From: Gnetum montanum | Taxonomy: Eukaryota; Plantae; Gnetophyta | Length of the DNA: 64,000 nucleotides | Assembly (NCBI GenBank): GCA_015680685.1 | Contig: MNCI01002529.1 | Coordinates: 6,069 to 70,068 of the forward strand | Reading direction: 5' to 3' | Shown: positions 58,401 to 64,000 of the stretch, piece after piece | Numbering within the stretch: position 1 is the stretch's first letter | Layout: each line of letters opens with the position of its first letter | Notes under the pieces: model-generated | Told to the model about the DNA's origin: nothing | The model's input: only the letters and a program-made list of their open reading frames with translations | Database searches by the model: none | Program-made: the position numbers and the translations under genes

Positions 58401-61400
58401 CAACTTTTGGACCATTAAAGCTATAAAAAGGAGTTCTCTCCTTCCATGTAAGCTTGATGAGAGCTTTTATTTCATTTTGGAGATGAATTAAAAGAAGAAG
58501 AGTATGTTGGTGGTTCTCTAAGTTCTTTATGTGCTTTCTCTTTTTTTTCTATCTTGCTTTATTGCATCATTATGTTCTCATAATCAATTAAGATTCTTAA
58601 TATTCTTTCATTCATGTTTCTCACAATTCTCACAATTTAAATTCTCAAATCTCACAATAGTTCTTCTAATCTTACAAATGTTTGTCATGTTTTAGTTCTT
58701 GTTTCAAGCATATATATAACTCGCTAACCTAGGCTTCGGTTAGAAAAGTATTACTTAAGAAAAATTAAATTGCAATCAAATAAAATTGATAGGATGCCAA
58801 AAGAATGATAGACAAAGCAATAGGCATCCATAAACAAGTGCAAATGGGAAAACAAAAAGAAACAATTTAATTATAACATTACATTACCAAGAGCCCTTTG
58901 CATACAAAATCTACCCTGTTAATTAGGTGTAAACAATTTGCATGACCTTGATGCCCATGCAAAAATATCCAGTATCAAAAACGCAGGATGCATCTATCGT
59001 ATAAAATGATATTCAAATAACAAATACCAAGTTAAATGTTCAAATCTTAAAACTTAAATAAATATTGAAAAGTAAAGTTGGGTCTCCATGAAAGACAAAC
59101 AAGTACAAAGTCTACATGTGCTAACCCAAGGACATTCCAAAGTACATCTACTAAATATTAAAATTTAGAAATTACACATCTTAAATATTAACTGAAATGC
59201 TAAAAAAGCATAAAAATATAGTTTAAGCATTAGCTTCTCTCTCTACTCATATTCACTAAAATCTATTATACCTAGGAGGCATAAATAAAGGAGAAAGTTA
59301 GTCCATGTGACTGAGTAGGGAAACTAAATTATAAATACTGCCTTAAGGGTTTTGGAACCAAATATTAGGTAGCTAAATAACCATGCGTAGGGGTTGCTGC
59401 ATCCAAAATGTTTGTCCCAAATAACCATACAAATATTAAATTGTCAAATAAATAACATTATAAGGCCAATAAACTAAAGTGAACTTTGACCAGCATCCCA
59501 ATTCCAAATTTTTTAGAAGCTAATGCCATTTTCAAATATGTTAAGGTTTGAATGTGTACTCATTATGCACAATAAGATTTTATCTAAATAAAATCCAAAC
59601 AAACCAAAACGTGCCGGCATGAATTAAATTATTGTTTATTAAATTCGATACCAAAATCAATCAAAATACCACCCTATTTTCTGTTGTTTACCAAAGGTGA
59701 TCAAATCATCCTCATTGTATGGGAAAAGGGCCATATGCATAAAGACTTTACGACTACAAATAGTGAATGATTGTCAAATGGCTCAAGATCTCTTTAAACT
59801 AATTAATCACTCCTTTTCTACTAACTCCACTAAACAAACATATACTTACCATGAGATTCTTCATGCATACAAATTATTAAATAAAATCAAAAGATGCTTA
59901 CTATGAGATGCTTCACCCATAAGAATCATTAAACATAAACCAAAACCAAAACCCAAGGTGTTGGGGATACGTCATCAAATGAAATGTTTGTCATTTGTAG
60001 AATAATTCTAAATTTTCCCAAATGGATTTTTAGATTTTAGGGTTTATCTCTCTTTCATTTTTCAAGTCAAAACTACATTTTTGATGTCAAAACTTTGCAT
60101 TTAAGATCTTAATGATTGAAATGACCCTTTGCTTCGTCTGTTCTTGCTAGTGGCATTTTGGCATGTGCACATAGAGAACATCATGACTTTTGTTGTGACA
60201 AAACTTATTATAGTCATACATCCCTATAAAAGCATCTTATGATCCGTGCTAGCATGATTAAAATTTTCTCCTTTAGTATGCAAGCTACGGGAAGAGTAAT
60301 TGGATTGGAAATTCTAAAATGAAATAGAAACCTTGAAAAACATTTCAAAAATTTGACAGAGAGTAACAAGTTTCAAAGCAGGTTGAAACGCAATGAAATT
60401 CATAATGACATCTCATCAAAAAAGTAGAAATCCAAATTAAAAAAACATGCATCTCCAAAATTATTTTTTCAAACATATACCATTAGAAAAAAATATACAT
60501 TAACCTTGTGACACTTAAACCCATAAATGAGCATTGTAATAAATTTTTCTTCTTGGAAGGAGGCACTATTGATCAAATCCTTGTGTGAGTGAGATTTCCT
60601 AAAATGGATTTAACCCTAAGTGAAAGTGAGAGATCAAATATTGAATATAATAGAAATCTAAAAAATGAAAACTTGGAAGGAAATAACTTCCATAGATCTT
60701 GAAAGATTGCATAGGCTTGGTTGTGGCTCTTCTCCTAATTGGCAGGGTTTCCACCTTTGTCTATCTCCCAAATATTGATGAAGCAAATGGATAATTTCTA
60801 ATTGAAGGATTGCTAGGTATTTATACTCACAAAGACATCCTTATGCTACTGGGTGATTATAGCTCATAGAACACATGTAGCTTGAATCTAAAATTAAAAC
60901 ATAAAATTTATTTCTAAAAGAATCTATTTCCAAGGTTTTTCTATACGTATAATTTTTAATTGCTACCTAGCAAGCTATATAAGAGTCATTAACTATACAA
61001 GGTCTAAGTTTTGAATCCCAACATAGCTATCTACAAGGTACTATTCTATACTATCACTTTAGCAAATAAAATAGAAAATATTCTAAGCAAGCATTAATAA
61101 TAATAATAAGAGCACAGGGGATGTCAAAACCAAAACTAATAAGAATCAAAGAAAATTTAGAGTACATTACAAGCTTGACACAAAGTAGACGTCATTATAA
61201 AAAATATGGAAAGAAAAATCTTTTTGATTTTAGGATTGTCTACTCAAGTGTACAACCCTACAATTCATACTTTGAAAAAATAACAAAAGAAAATTAATTA
61301 TTCGTAGGGAGGAAGATCCTAGCCCTAACAAAATTTACATTACTTTCTAACATTCATGCTTGAAATTAAAATAACAAAAGGATTTGAGATAGAGAGCTAT

Positions 61401-62779
61401 AGCTTAATAACAATATTTATTTCAAAGCAAGAATGTGGTACCATTTGTGGAAGATATTTAACTTGTTGATTGTTATTGATCTTACATTGAGAATCTATCA
61501 TCAACTATAACCTTCTTTTCAACACTAGTTTTAATCTTTGAGTTATAGTATTCTTGGCAGACAAGGAAAAATTTACCTTATGAGCCATCTTTCTAGCATG
61601 CTTAATACTTTCTCTACTACTAGAAAAAATATACATGGGAGCTTCTATCTTCTCTAGATTCATTATAGCCATTTGATCATTCTTATTGTTGACATTAATT
61701 AAATTTTTTATATCTTCAACTTCAACACATTTTTTCTTTTGTTTAAAATCTTTTTTCTTGAGCAGAAAAGAATAAGCCTTAACTAAATATTCTTTGCAAT
61801 GGTAAAAGTTGCAAAAATTAGAAAGATTATAATATGTAATTTGCTGAGTATAAGTCTTTTCTTTTGCTTGTAATAGTAATTCCATTTTATGATTACAAAA
61901 GTTAATGTTAACCAAAAAATGTGTATGAAAACCAAAAGTTGTAGAAATATACTCTATATGCTTAATGGGACTGAGAAGATTAATAATTTCTTAACTTTTT
62001 GAAAAATCAACAAAAGATTATATAACTCGACAAAACATGAAACTTTAGCATATTTTTTAGATTGCACATTAAAATTTGAAACCCATTTATGAATGATCAA
62101 CACTACATGTTAACATCTTCTCTTCTTTCTTTTCCCCTTCTTTGGCTACATCCTTACGATGCCTACCTTTTATTGTTACTCATGATAGGTCTTGTAGGAA
62201 TTTTCCCTATTGGTTAGTCCTATGTGGGTTGGCTCCTTCTTGGACTCCTTTAACAATCCATAGCTTGACCTCTTATGGACTACTAGATCAATCATAGCCT
62301 ATCCCTCTTTTGGATGGTTTTCTCTTCCTCTTTAAAAGACTAGACCAAATTACAAATCTCCCACCTCAGGTCTTCTTGTCCTATTTAGGAAACTAGATTC
62401 TTCTTCACTTTTTCTTCTTGTAAAAGACTTAATAACATTTTGGTTTTGGAGCTTTGGTTCTTGTTACAACTTGTATGCTTCGTAATATCTTCCTTCCTTG
62501 TTGCATACTACTATTCAGTCTTTTATAATTTTATGAATTGTTGTGGTTCGTAAATGCTTATGTATTACGAACATTGTTGTGGTTGTTGTTCCAATGTTAC
62601 TTCATATTCATATCTTCTTTATTGTTGTTCCATTGTTATTCCTTATTGTTCCATATTATTTCACCACTATATTTACTATTCCATCATTGTTCTACATTAT
62701 ATATATTACGAAGTATGAACTTGTGTTCTTTTATCCTTCATAAGCAGTTGTGACTTTTTACTAAACCATCACAACCAGT

Positions 62780-64000
62780 TATAATTATTGATAGATTAAG
62801 TTAAGAAACTAATTATTGTACCTTGACTTAGGAGTATGCTCTAATACTAGTAGGCCCAAGAAACTTCTAACTTCATTAAGTATGGTTAAAATAAATTAAT
62901 TCTTAATTATTGATACTTTTGAAGGTCCCACTTCTATACCTACTCCTAACACCACATGACCAAAATACTAAATTTCATTCTTCTAAAAGGCACACTTAGA
63001 AGCATGAGCAAAGAGGAGTTATTCCCTTAAAGCATGTAGCACTATCCTCAAGTGTTTCTTATGTTCTTTCTTATCAATAAAGTAGGCCAAGATGTCATTA
63101 ATGAAGATACTAATAAATTGGTATAAATAACATATTATTCATCAAAGGCATTAAAACTACTAGAACGTTAATGAGCCCAAAGGACATGACTAAGAACTCA
63201 TAATATCCATATCATATTCTAAAAGTTTTCTTAGGCACATATTCTTCTCTTACTTTAACTTAATGATATCTAGAACACAAATCTATCTTAAAGAAAACTC
63301 TTACTCCCCTCAACTAGTTAAACAAATCATCAATCCTAGGTAAAAGATACTAGTTATTGACTATCGCATGGTTCAACTACTTGTAGTTTATGCATAGCCT
63401 TAAACTTTCATACTTCTTCTTAACAAAGAAAATTGAAGCATCCCAAAGAAAAACATTGGGTCAAATCAAACCCTTATTTATTAGCTCATGAAGTTGTAAC
63501 TTAAGTTTCACAAGTTTCATGGGAGACATCCTATGATGTCTCTTAAAAATTGGTTGGGTTCTAGGCTTGAGAGTAATCTCAAACTCGATGTCTCAATTAG
63601 GATGTAATATGGGAAGTTCATTCTTAAAAACATCTATAAAATTCTGAATCATTGGAATCTCTTCCATATCCTCCTTAGGTTCATCATGACTTGGTACTAT
63701 ATAACACTTATGACTTGCTTAAACAAACTCTTAAACTTTTTGGCTATCACCAAGTTCGGTTTGATCTATCTCTTACTTAGATTGTAACTTCTTTTCCACA
63801 AAGGGATTAAAGTATGAGGATCTTATTTCTATGATTTAAATAATCTTCATAATTAGATAATTAGTCCATCCCAAGAATCACATCATATACTCTAAGGTTT
63901 ATGAGTATGAGGTTAGTACTCCACTAAAGCCCCTAGATCATCACTTTTGTTGAAGGAAAAATTTATTTAACCATTTTTCTAGGAGAGTTGGCTAATTGTA
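62780..64000 (-). mobile_element. Degenerate Ty3/gypsy pol (protease-RT)
   Basis: YDVILGMD, IPMIQNFIDVFKNELP...IEFEITLKP and VFINDILAY (decayed FIDD) on the minus strand. Confidence 0.8.

Noticed and set aside
55700-62750. Additional genes downstream of the carrier
   Set aside because: Only short AT-rich ORFs and LTR-like or low-complexity DNA; nothing I can assign with support.

Overview
AT-rich, TE-dense land-plant nuclear DNA with four assembly gaps. It holds one intact host gene: a 10-exon mitochondrial carrier of the MTM1/SLC25A39-40 family (+ strand, 6616-55445, 345 aa). Three introns of 13-20 kb are filled with nested retroelements (copia, gypsy fragments, solo LTRs, an RTE fragment, SINE-like remnants). 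The most notable signal is an L1-type LINE family present as five long copies and two 3' stubs. Its ORF2 continues past the RT and CCHC zinc finger, not into RNase H, but into a ~150-aa domain resembling plant LTR-retrotransposon accessory ORFs, then a coiled coil. In three copies from two strongly diverged subfamilies it ends in a DnaJ-type J-domain (HPD/HLDK/DPN). All copies are decayed by C>T stops and frameshifts. Domain assignments are by eye and need HMM or structure confirmation.
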